Assembly (NCBI GenBank): GCA_027067555.1
Contig: JAMOVU010000191.1
Span: 6,750 to 70,749, forward strand
Length of the DNA stretch: 64,000 bases
Source: Candidatus Aminicenantes bacterium
GTDB lineage: Bacteria > Acidobacteriota > Aminicenantia > JAMOAD01
Direction: 5' to 3'
Below the pieces are notes generated by a model. It had not been told where the DNA came from. It searched no databases and saw nothing but the letters and a program-made list of their open reading frames with translations. This document shows, in pieces, positions 8,950-16,925 of this stretch; positions within the stretch are counted from its first letter, which is position 1; each line of letters opens with the position of its first letter. The position numbers and the translations under genes are program-made.

Positions 8950-10112
8950 ACCTTCACCCTCACCTCCCCACTCATTAATTTTGGCAATAATGTGTCGCGT
9001 AGTTTTTCTAATGTGTGGATTTGTTGTTCGTTGCTTCTGATTTTGTCTAAAAATTTTTTTACTACTGTATGAAAATACAAGGACTTCTTTTCATTAAATG
9101 AAAAGGAGAGTTCAAAAATATCTCGTGCTTTGACTCTTTGATGACTTCCACTGGTTCCGCTTGCTGCGCCAATTAACTCATTAGTTACTTGAATAGATTT
9201 TAACAAATAATAAATAAAGCTAAAGTATTCTTTCTTCTTTGGAAAAACAACTATAAATTCTGTTGAACAAACAGAGTACTCTTTATTTTCAATTTTACCC
9301 CATATTGCCCAAACTCTTGGAAGTCTTGGATTTAATTTTGAGATCAATATTGAATGCTCAAAAACTTTATATTTATTACTTTTTATTTCCATTCCCAATT
9401 CCTTTATTGGTTTTTTCCCTGCGTCAAAAGCTGGAATACTAAAATGCAAGAATTCTATCTCCGGATCTTTGTTAGGCACAATATTTACTTTTTTATGTTC
9501 TGCAATCTCAAATAGCTGCTTCTCCTCCCAATCCTCCTCCGCCTCTTCTATAAACCATTTTCTAAATAGAGTTTCTGCCATGGCTTCTAATGTTTTGTTT
9601 TGGCGGTGGAGGAGATCTATTTTGTCATCAAGGGAGGAGAGGACAGAGGCAATGGCGCGTTGTTCGTCAATTGATTCTGGGATTATCCATTCTGTTTTTT
9701 TCATAAAATTCCATTCGGCTCTTGGCATTCTAGTTCCTGATGCTCCTTTTGTTGCTAAGTCTATAAATTCGTAAGTTGCAAATAAGTAAAACAAAAAATT
9801 TTTATCCGTATTTTCTTTGGGTGCAACTACCCAAATATCAGTAGAACAAATCCCTTTAAACTTAGGATTGTACAATTTCCTAAAATATGGTCTTAATTTA
9901 CCAAATAAAAACTCTTCTTCAGTGAAAATATATTTATTACTTTTAATATCATCCGAAAAACCAATAGTTTTTAATCTTAAAGAAGATTCCTCTATGTGTT
10001 CTAAACCTATATACGGTAATTTTTCATTACCAACTTTCCACGCTCTCTTTAATACCTGTGCTATTTCTTCTAATTTTACTTTTTTCCAACCTTTTAGCAT
10101 TCTTTCATCCAT
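8946..10112 (-). CDS. hsdS: Type I RM specificity subunit S
   Basis: Two TRDs, central conserved EQRAIASVLSSLDDKIDLL and C-terminal LRDTLLPKLMSGEVRV. Start uncertain (10124, 10112 or 10100). Confidence 0.96.
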   Translation of the reverse strand: MDERMLKGWKKVKLEEIAQVLKRAWKVGNEKLPYIGLEHIEESSLRLKTIGFSDDIKSNKYIFTEEEFLFGKLRPYFRKLYNPKFKGICSTDIWVVAPKENTDKNFLFYLFATYEFIDLATKGASGTRMPRAEWNFMKKTEWIIPESIDEQRAIASVLSSLDDKIDLLHRQNKTLEAMAETLFRKWFIEEAEEDWEEKQLFEIAEHKKVNIVPNKDPEIEFLHFSIPAFDAGKKPIKELGMEIKSNKYKVFEHSILISKLNPRLPRVWAIWGKIENKEYSVCSTEFIVVFPKKKEYFSFIYYLLKSIQVTNELIGAASGTSGSHQRVKARDIFELSFSFNEKKSLYFHTVVKKFLDKIRSNEQQIHTLEKLRDTLLPKLMSGEVRVKV

Positions 10113-10902
10113 TCTCTGCACCACTTTTTATTTCCTCAACATAAGATTTTAGCCATTCGTATTTTTGTTTGACTTTCTCATCTGTACTATTTATATTTTT
10201 TTCAACTATCTCTTCTACTTCCCCTATTATTCGTTCGTAATTACTTTTACTTTCTCTGTTCCATACTATAGAAAATCTTTTATTTTCATTTATTATATTT
10301 TCTCCAATTTTACGTAACACTTTCCTATTCAATAAATCAAGAAAATAGATCCCATCCTTATCTTTTTTGATTCCATTAATAAGAAAACCATCATTTTGTT
10401 TTTCAAGAAAAGGAGATCCTTTTATGTTTTTGTTTTTAATGTATTCAACTAATTTTTCGTCAACTACAATCCTCGGATAAATAGCAATTTCGGATTCAAG
10501 TTTGTAAGCTTCTACCAAGCCAGGACCAATCAAAACATTTTCTTCTTTTTTCGGAAAATACATTTTACCTACTGTTATTGCTCCTCTGAAACAAAATCCC
10601 TTTTCCCAAAATCTATCCTGCAAATATCTGACAATCAAAAAAAGATGAGGTAAATTACGCGGCTCTTTTTTCATTATAAACGCGAAACTATCCGAAAAAT
10701 AAAAACTTCTTATATCCAAATTTCCATCTTTTGATGTTTCTTTGCTTGTAGATTTCGTAATCTTTGAATTGATTTTAATTACCTTAATTATATCTTCTAA
10801 TAACTTTTTATTTTCCCCATTTTCTATCTCTTTTAATAAATTTTTAACCCCCAAAACATCCAAATAGCATATAAAACAATCTTCTAAATTATATTCGCTC
10901 AT
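10105..10902 (-). CDS. Hypothetical protein with divergent class III nucleotide-cyclase-like motifs
   Basis: YLDVLG, FSDS, FRGAITVG and GPGLVEAYKLES occur in cyclase order. GGGAG SD precedes ATG 10902. Confidence 0.65.
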   Translation of the reverse strand: MSEYNLEDCFICYLDVLGVKNLLKEIENGENKKLLEDIIKVIKINSKITKSTSKETSKDGNLDIRSFYFSDSFAFIMKKEPRNLPHLFLIVRYLQDRFWEKGFCFRGAITVGKMYFPKKEENVLIGPGLVEAYKLESEIAIYPRIVVDEKLVEYIKNKNIKGSPFLEKQNDGFLINGIKKDKDGIYFLDLLNRKVLRKIGENIINENKRFSIVWNRESKSNYERIIGEVEEIVEKNINSTDEKVKQKYEWLKSYVEEIKSGAENG

Positions 10903-10953
10903 TTTAATTTCTCCCATGTTTTGGTTTTTTGTTTATTTTATTTTTATATTTTC

Positions 10954-11119
10954 GGGCAGAAATTGATTCTGCCCCTACGGGGTTTTTAAATAAATTGTGA
11001 TGGGATGGTTTGTTTGTATGTAACCATGATTTTTTAAACCATTCGTAGGGACGGATTCCATATCCGCCCGTTTGGGTTTCATGTTCATATTTTCGGGCAG
11101 AAATAGATTCTGCCCCTAC
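10954..11119. repeat. REP array: half unit at 10954-10978 plus full unit at 11045-11119
   Basis: Same REP arms, linker and orientation as the other arrays. The left arm of the first unit is missing. Confidence 0.9.
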
Positions 11120-11175
11120 GGTATTTTCAATTGGATTGTGATGGGATGGTTTGTTTGTATCATTAATTGTTTTAA

Positions 11176-12771
11176 TCATTTTTTATTTTTAACCATTTTT
11201 TCTTCTTTAATCAAAACATAAAATGCCAAACCGCGTTTAGTTAACTTGAATTTTTGTTTCGGACTGTTCAAATTATCTTTAATTGTATGCTCTATTAACT
11301 TAAAGTTATGTAGTTTTTTCAATATTTTATTTAACCCTCCGGAAATAGATTTTTGCCCCAATTCCAAAGAAATTTCTTTACGTGATTTAGGAGAATTCAA
11401 TAATATAAACAATATGCGCAAGAAAAGAGACTCTTGCTCTATCTCTTGCCTCAACTCTTGCCTCAACTCTTGCCTCAACTCTTGCTTTTCATTCTCAAGC
11501 CCGGCTTTTAGCCATCGGATAATTTCCTCGGAAAAAATTATAGATGAAGGGAATAGTTGTCCGTAATCATCTCTGGTTTTTTGTTTTTGGTCCGTAATCG
11601 TTCGTGATTGGGCATAATCGGTTTTTATGAATGTTACTCTGAATGAAAATCCGGGCTCGCTCCATTCCATCTTTATTTCCGGATATTTTTTTAATTCTTT
11701 GGAAATCAGTTTAAGCCCGTTTCCCCATTGCTCTATGATACCGAGCTTTTTAAAAACAGGTGCCAATACCTTATTTCTTATATCTGATTGACCTGATTCC
11801 ATATCATCAAAATCAATGGTAGGCATAAGCTTCCCGGGGCTTGTGATCTCTATTTTATCGTCAAATATGGCAATTTTAATATCTTTGCCTTTTAAAGAAT
11901 AATCTCTGTGAATCACTGCATTTCGTATGAGTTCACGGATTGCTACTACAGGATACTCCCACCTGTCTTTTCTGTAAACTCCCTCATATGAGGAGCCCTG
12001 AGAGATGTGCCTCAAAACAAATTTATAAGCCTCTTCCGCCTGAAAGCTCAACGGAGTTTCTATTGTTTTTTGATCTATGAATTCTCCGGGAATTTTTCCC
12101 TTGAATCTTGCACACTCTATTTTTGCATAAGGAAAAAGTCTTTTCCTGATTTCATCATTTGAAAGTAATACAAGGGCATTTGTGGGAAAATCCCTGTTCT
12201 GATCTGTGATAATCAAGTTCAGTTTTCTTAAAATTGTTTTGGTAAGCTTCTCTCCGGTGATTTCCTCAAATTGATTTCTAAATTGAGAGATGGTTAATTC
12301 ATTCGCTTCTTTTAAATGCACAAGAATAGAATCAAAGGAAATGTTTTGTTTCTGTCTTTCTAACTCTTCAATCATATCTTTGTCCGCAAGGCGGTTTGTT
12401 GAGCCGACTCGGATATAAGTTCCTTTCCATTTTCCCTTGTTTTTCAAATAATAGGGAGGATTGCTTCCTTTGTAAATTCTAACTTTTATAATATGTTTAC
12501 CTTGATAATTTACAAAAGAAATATCGGGCAGTACTATCGGATAGCAATTATCATGAATGATGTTGCTTATTTTTTCTTCCATTGAAATCAACTTTTCCTC
12601 GGAAATTCCTATGATTTTTCTTGGTTCATTTTTTATTCCTATGAAAATCTCACCTCCCGCATCATTAGCAAAAGCAACAACAGTTTTACATAAATCATTT
12701 TTTAAAGGAAGTGTTTCTTTAAATTCAAGCTTTCTTCCTTCTGGCTGTTTTAATAATTCTTCAATTTTCAT
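11176..12771 (-). CDS. AlbA_2/Schlafen-domain + HATPase_c_4 + winged-HTH protein (often annotated as RecG-like transcriptional regulator)
   Basis: [61 protein letters not shown] and a C-terminal wHTH. Confidence 0.85.
   Translation of the reverse strand: MKIEELLKQPEGRKLEFKETLPLKNDLCKTVVAFANDAGGEIFIGIKNEPRKIIGISEEKLISMEEKISNIIHDNCYPIVLPDISFVNYQGKHIIKVRIYKGSNPPYYLKNKGKWKGTYIRVGSTNRLADKDMIEELERQKQNISFDSILVHLKEANELTISQFRNQFEEITGEKLTKTILRKLNLIITDQNRDFPTNALVLLSNDEIRKRLFPYAKIECARFKGKIPGEFIDQKTIETPLSFQAEEAYKFVLRHISQGSSYEGVYRKDRWEYPVVAIRELIRNAVIHRDYSLKGKDIKIAIFDDKIEITSPGKLMPTIDFDDMESGQSDIRNKVLAPVFKKLGIIEQWGNGLKLISKELKKYPEIKMEWSEPGFSFRVTFIKTDYAQSRTITDQKQKTRDDYGQLFPSSIIFSEEIIRWLKAGLENEKQELRQELRQELRQEIEQESLFLRILFILLNSPKSRKEISLELGQKSISGGLNKILKKLHNFKLIEHTIKDNLNSPKQKFKLTKRGLAFYVLIKEEKMVKNKK
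11431..11485 (-). repeat. In-frame 12-bp tandem repeat (QELR x3 plus a variant) in the linker before the wHTH
   Basis: CTCTTGCCTCAA x3 flanked by variant or partial units. Confidence 0.9.
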
Positions 12772-14299
12772 TATCTTTTTCCGAATCAGATAAATCTATC
12801 TTTTCAAGATTTTCAAGAATCAATTTGTTTAATCTCTCTTCTTCCTTTAATTGTTCAAGAAATTCTGCCTTTAATTTTGAAAACCTTTCTTCAAAGTCAA
12901 AATCATCATCTTCTTCCGGAAGTCCGACATAACGACCCGGAGTGAGCACATAATCAAGCTCTCTTACCTCTTCTATTTTTACGGATTTGCAAAATCCCTT
13001 TACATCCTCATAGCTTTCATCTCCCCTCTGCCAATTGTGATAAGTATCAGCAATCTTTCTTATATCCTCCTCCGTTAATACACGGGTCCTTCTGTTTATA
13101 AGAGTACCCATATCTCTTGCATCTATGAAGAGAATCTCCCCTTTCCTATTTTTTTTGTTTCTGTTTAAAAACCATAAAGAGGCAGGTATCTGAGTGTTTA
13201 AAAATAGTTTTGTCGGAAGATTGACAATGCATTCGACAAGATCATTTTCAATAATATTCTTTCTTATCTCATATTCTCCTTTGCTTTTTGTGGTTAATGC
13301 TCCTTTTGCAAGAACAAAGCCAGCTCTTCCATTCGGATTCAGGTGATAGATAAAGTGTTGTATCCATGCGTAATTCGCATTTCCCACAGGGGGGACTCCG
13401 TATTTCCATCTGCCATCACTTCTGAGCAATTCTCCGCTCCAATCACTGTCATTGAAAGGAGGATTTGCTATTACAAAATCAGCTTTCAGATCTTTGTGAG
13501 CATCATTCAAAAAAGAGCCCTCAGGATTCCATTTTACCTGAGTTGAGTCAATCTGTCTTATCGCAAGGTTCATTTTACAGAGACGCCATGTAGTCTGATT
13601 ACTCTCCTGTCCGTATATTGATATGTCATCCACTTTTCCCTGATGCTCTTTTACAAATTTTTCGGATTGAACAAACATTCCGCCGGAACCGCAGCATGGG
13701 TCAAACACTCTTCCTCTGTAAGGTTCAAGCATCTCAACAAGTAGTTCAACAACACTTCGAGGAGTGTAAAATTGCCCCCCTTTTCTTCCCTCGGCAAGAG
13801 CAAATTGCCCTAAAAAATACTCGAAAACATGCCCCAAAATATCTGCACTTCTCTTTGTAGCCTCTCCCAGTGCAATATTACCTATCAAATCAATCAAACC
13901 GCCTAAAGACAGAGGATCCAGATTCCCCTTTGCATACACCTTTGGCAAAACACCTTTTAATGATGGATTTTCCTTTTCTATTATATCCATTGCATTATCC
14001 AATATCTTTCCTATTTCCGGATTTTTTGCATTATTAAGAAGGTATGACCATCTTGCTTCGGGTGGGACATAAAAAATATTTTTAGCCCTGTATTCATCTA
14101 TATCTTCGGGATCCGCCCCTTCTTCCACTTTGCTTTTTAGTTTTTCATACAGGTCTTCAAAAGCGTCTGAGATATACCGCAAAAATATTAAACCCAATAC
14201 CACATGTTTGTATTCAGCAGCATCAATATTTTTTCTTAGTTTATCCGCAGCTTTCCACAACTGTTTTTCAAGATTTTCCTCTTTTTCTTTTTTATTCAT
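12761..14299 (-). CDS. hsdM: Type I RM methyltransferase M subunit (N6-adenine)
   Basis: [17 protein letters not shown] and catalytic NPPF. Start placed at ATG 14299 with GAGGG SD. Confidence 0.97.
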   Translation of the reverse strand: MNKKEKEENLEKQLWKAADKLRKNIDAAEYKHVVLGLIFLRYISDAFEDLYEKLKSKVEEGADPEDIDEYRAKNIFYVPPEARWSYLLNNAKNPEIGKILDNAMDIIEKENPSLKGVLPKVYAKGNLDPLSLGGLIDLIGNIALGEATKRSADILGHVFEYFLGQFALAEGRKGGQFYTPRSVVELLVEMLEPYRGRVFDPCCGSGGMFVQSEKFVKEHQGKVDDISIYGQESNQTTWRLCKMNLAIRQIDSTQVKWNPEGSFLNDAHKDLKADFVIANPPFNDSDWSGELLRSDGRWKYGVPPVGNANYAWIQHFIYHLNPNGRAGFVLAKGALTTKSKGEYEIRKNIIENDLVECIVNLPTKLFLNTQIPASLWFLNRNKKNRKGEILFIDARDMGTLINRRTRVLTEEDIRKIADTYHNWQRGDESYEDVKGFCKSVKIEEVRELDYVLTPGRYVGLPEEDDDFDFEERFSKLKAEFLEQLKEEERLNKLILENLEKIDLSDSEKDNEN

Positions 14300-14315
14300 A
14301 TTGCCCTCTTTTTTT

Positions 14316-14344
14316 ATTTTATCTTTTTTATTTGTGATTGGCAA
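14316..14344 (-). promoter_or_regulatory. Putative sigma70 promoter of the hsdM operon
   Basis: TTGCCA-17 nt-TAAAAT. Palindrome GCAATTC-GT-GAATTGC (14354-14369) lies just upstream. Confidence 0.55.
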
Positions 14345-14414
14345 GAATTAAGGGCAATTCGTGAATTGCACGCATAATAATTTTTGATGTTTTCCATGAT
14401 TTTTTAAACCCTTT

Positions 14415-14489
14415 GTAGGGGCGGATTCTGTATCCGACCGTTTGGATTTTATGTTCATATTTTCGGGCAGAAATGGATTCTGCCCCTAC
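14415..14489. repeat. Terminal REP doublet (75 bp)
   Basis: GTAGGGGCGGATTCTGTATCCGACC...GGGCAGAAATGGATTCTGCCCCTAC. Its minus-strand GTAG contains the HIT gene stop codon. Confidence 0.92.
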
Positions 14490-14974
14490 ATTGTTTTATC
14501 GAACTCTTTTTTTAATTTTTCAAAGGTTTTTTCTATACCTTCAAACATAACCTTTGTTTCTCCGAATAAGGGCATAAAATTGGCATCCCCTTCCCATCGG
14601 GGAACTATGTGAAGATGAAAGTGATCGGGAACACCGGCACCTGCAGGTCTTCCAAGATTCATTCCAATGTTAAAACCCTGAGGATGATAAACATTTTCAA
14701 GAATCTCAAGGGCTTTTAACATTAAGGTGTTCATCTCATCTATTGTTTCTTTCTTTGCCTTTAAAGGAGAGTCAAGATGCTCATAGGGAGCAATTAAAAG
14801 ATGACCATTATTGTAAGGATAAAGGTTTAAAATTATAAAAGAGTGTTTGCCTTTGAAAAGAATGTATCTTTCTTCGGGTTTTTTATGTTTTGAAGCTTCA
14901 CATAAAAAACATTCCTCGTTATCAAGCCCCTCTTTTATATACTTCTCTCTCCAGGGGGTTACAAGATATTTCAT
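14486..14974 (-). CDS. HIT-family hydrolase (Ap4A phosphorylase/FHIT-like)
   Basis: CFLC, LNLYPYNNGHL and HFHLHIVPRW. Confidence 0.92.
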   Translation of the reverse strand: MKYLVTPWREKYIKEGLDNEECFLCEASKHKKPEERYILFKGKHSFIILNLYPYNNGHLLIAPYEHLDSPLKAKKETIDEMNTLMLKALEILENVYHPQGFNIGMNLGRPAGAGVPDHFHLHIVPRWEGDANFMPLFGETKVMFEGIEKTFEKLKKEFDKTM

Positions 14975-14980
14975 TGTATC

Positions 14981-15220
14981 TCACTTATTTAAGGCTCTTA
15001 GAATGACATCCGAGGTTTTGTAGTTTACTCTGACAAAGTACTTTCCGTTTGCTTTGAATATTTTCGGGGTAAAAACTCCTAAACCTCTCAGCTCTATTCT
15101 ATTGCCTTCTCTTAAAAAATTCGTAAAAATACTGAAAAAGAGGTCAACATATTTTTTGGTATCATCATAGGTGTATCCGAGTTCTCTTCTAATCTGATCA
15201 ATAAGAGACTTTTTAGTCAT
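14981..15220 (-). CDS. HU/IHF-family DNA-binding protein with shortened arm
   Basis: MTKKSLI...GNRIELRGLGVF, at the usual ihfB position after rpsA. The RNP arm tip is absent. Confidence 0.8.
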   Translation of the reverse strand: MTKKSLIDQIRRELGYTYDDTKKYVDLFFSIFTNFLREGNRIELRGLGVFTPKIFKANGKYFVRVNYKTSDVILRALNK

Positions 15221-16925
15221 TCTTTTTGTTCATAATCTCTTTTTTGATAAGATCCCCTATTGTTGTCTTTTGATCAGTGGTTCCCACTTTTCTTAATTGC
15301 TCCATTTCCTTCTTCATCTTCTCTCTTAAAGCCTTTTTATAGCTTAGTATGATTTTTCTGTTTTCCCTATCTATAATCTTGATATAAGCTTCCTTTTCTT
15401 CGCCTACGGAAAGAACTTCTGAAATATCTTCTATTTTTTTTGTTGAAATCTCTCCCTTTCTGATAATGCCCTCAAGACCACCGTCAAGCTCTACTACAAC
15501 AAAGTTTTCCAGAATTTTTTTAACCTTGGTGTTAATAAGGTCACCCTCTTTATACCTGGAGAAAAATTCCGCCCATTTATCACCTTCAAGCTGTTTCACC
15601 CCTAATAAAATTCTTCCGCTATCTTCTTCTATAGAAAGTATAAGAGCTTTTATGACATCTCCTTCTTTGACAACTTCCGAAGGATGCTCAACATAGCCCC
15701 ATCCAAGATCACCCTTTCTTATAAAGCCATCAACATCAGGCATTATATTGACTATAATTCCGCTATCAGCAAGTTTTTTAACTTTTACTTCAACAATATC
15801 ACCTTCTTTGTATGTTGAAAGGAATTTCTCCCATGGAGAAGGCTCAAGCTGTTTTATTCCTATGTAAATTAATCTTTTCTCAGGTATTATATCCAAAACT
15901 TTTCCAATAACCCTATCCTCTATTTCAAAGACAAAATCAAGGGATTTTATCTTTTTGCCCCAGTAAACATCTTCTCCTCTTAACCTTGCATTAACCCCCT
16001 CTTCAAGCTCAACAAGAGCATAGCCCTGTTTAAAACCTATGACTCTTCCCTTTATCTTTGTTCCAATTTTGTACTTTTTGGGAGCGGTAATCCAGGGATC
16101 TTCCTGAAAAGCCTTATAACTTAAAATTATTCTCTCTCTGCTTTTATCCACCTCTAAAACTTTGAACTTATAAGTCTTTCCTATTTTTAATTTTTTTCTT
16201 ATATCGGGAAGATAGCCCCAGGATATCTCACTTTTGGGAACAAAGGCTGTAAGAGATGATTTAAGCTCAACCAGAGCTCCTGCCTTTTTTATTTTTGTGA
16301 CAGTAGCTTCCACCTCATCTCCCACTTTTAAAGAGGAAAAAAGTTTGTCTTTTTCTCTTTTTAAATCCTCCAGAAGAAGAGCTTTTCTTGAGACAACTCC
16401 GCTTTTATTTTTTTCATCAATTCTTATTATTTTAAATCTGAATTCTTTTCCCAAAATCTCATCGGGATTTGAAACAGGTCTTATATCTGCTTGGGAATCA
16501 GGTAAAAAGAGTTCCACCCCCGCATCCACGATATAACCTCTCTTAATTTTTCTTACAACAGGAGCCAGAAGAGGCTCATTATTCTTAAAGTATCTCTCAA
16601 CTTTCTCCCAACCTAAAATTTCATCAGCTTCTTTTTTTGAAAGTACGATTTCCCTTGATGAAATCTTTTTTACCACTGCTTTTATAAAACTTCCCTCTGA
16701 AAAGGGAATTTCTCCTTTATAATTAACGCACTCTTCTATTGGAATGAAGCCTTCCTGCTTATAACCGATATCCACTATTACATCGCTTTGACCAATTTTA
16801 ATAACTTTACCTTCAACCATTTCATTTTTTTTCAGCTGTTTTAATTCATACTGTTCAATCAAATCTTCCATTTTCTCCATCTTCTTCTCCTCATCCTTAA
16901 TTTTGTCTTCTTTTAATTCTCCCAT
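15213..16925 (-). CDS. rpsA: 30S ribosomal protein S1
   Basis: Six S1 repeats (VDIGYKQEGFIP, FLPDSQ, ILGVKQL-type ends). Start likely ATG 16925. Confidence 0.9.
   Translation of the reverse strand: MGELKEDKIKDEEKKMEKMEDLIEQYELKQLKKNEMVEGKVIKIGQSDVIVDIGYKQEGFIPIEECVNYKGEIPFSEGSFIKAVVKKISSREIVLSKKEADEILGWEKVERYFKNNEPLLAPVVRKIKRGYIVDAGVELFLPDSQADIRPVSNPDEILGKEFRFKIIRIDEKNKSGVVSRKALLLEDLKREKDKLFSSLKVGDEVEATVTKIKKAGALVELKSSLTAFVPKSEISWGYLPDIRKKLKIGKTYKFKVLEVDKSRERIILSYKAFQEDPWITAPKKYKIGTKIKGRVIGFKQGYALVELEEGVNARLRGEDVYWGKKIKSLDFVFEIEDRVIGKVLDIIPEKRLIYIGIKQLEPSPWEKFLSTYKEGDIVEVKVKKLADSGIIVNIMPDVDGFIRKGDLGWGYVEHPSEVVKEGDVIKALILSIEEDSGRILLGVKQLEGDKWAEFFSRYKEGDLINTKVKKILENFVVVELDGGLEGIIRKGEISTKKIEDISEVLSVGEEKEAYIKIIDRENRKIILSYKKALREKMKKEMEQLRKVGTTDQKTTIGDLIKKEIMNKKND

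Larger units (their letters stand above)
1100..14489. mobile_element. REP-bounded defence island (type I RM + Hachiman + RAYT)
   Basis: Begins GTAGGGGC at 1100 and ends GCCCCTAC at 14489. Cargo is defence and accessory genes, and core genes resume immediately outside. Mobility itself is inferred. Confidence 0.6.

Noticed and set aside
10105..10902. Calling the cyclase-like gene a Pycsar or CBASS system
   Set aside because: No cognate effector gene is adjacent, there are no CD-NTase motifs, and the catalytic residues diverge from canonical cyclases.
1100..14489. Regularly spaced palindromic repeats read as a CRISPR array
   Set aside because: The intervening sequences are near-identical rather than unique spacers, the arms alternate in orientation, no cas genes are present, and a RAYT explains them.
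1100..14489. Classical integron with attC sites
   Set aside because: There is no tyrosine integrase IntI in the window, and the hairpins have GTAG ends rather than RYYYAAC/GTTRRRY boxes.
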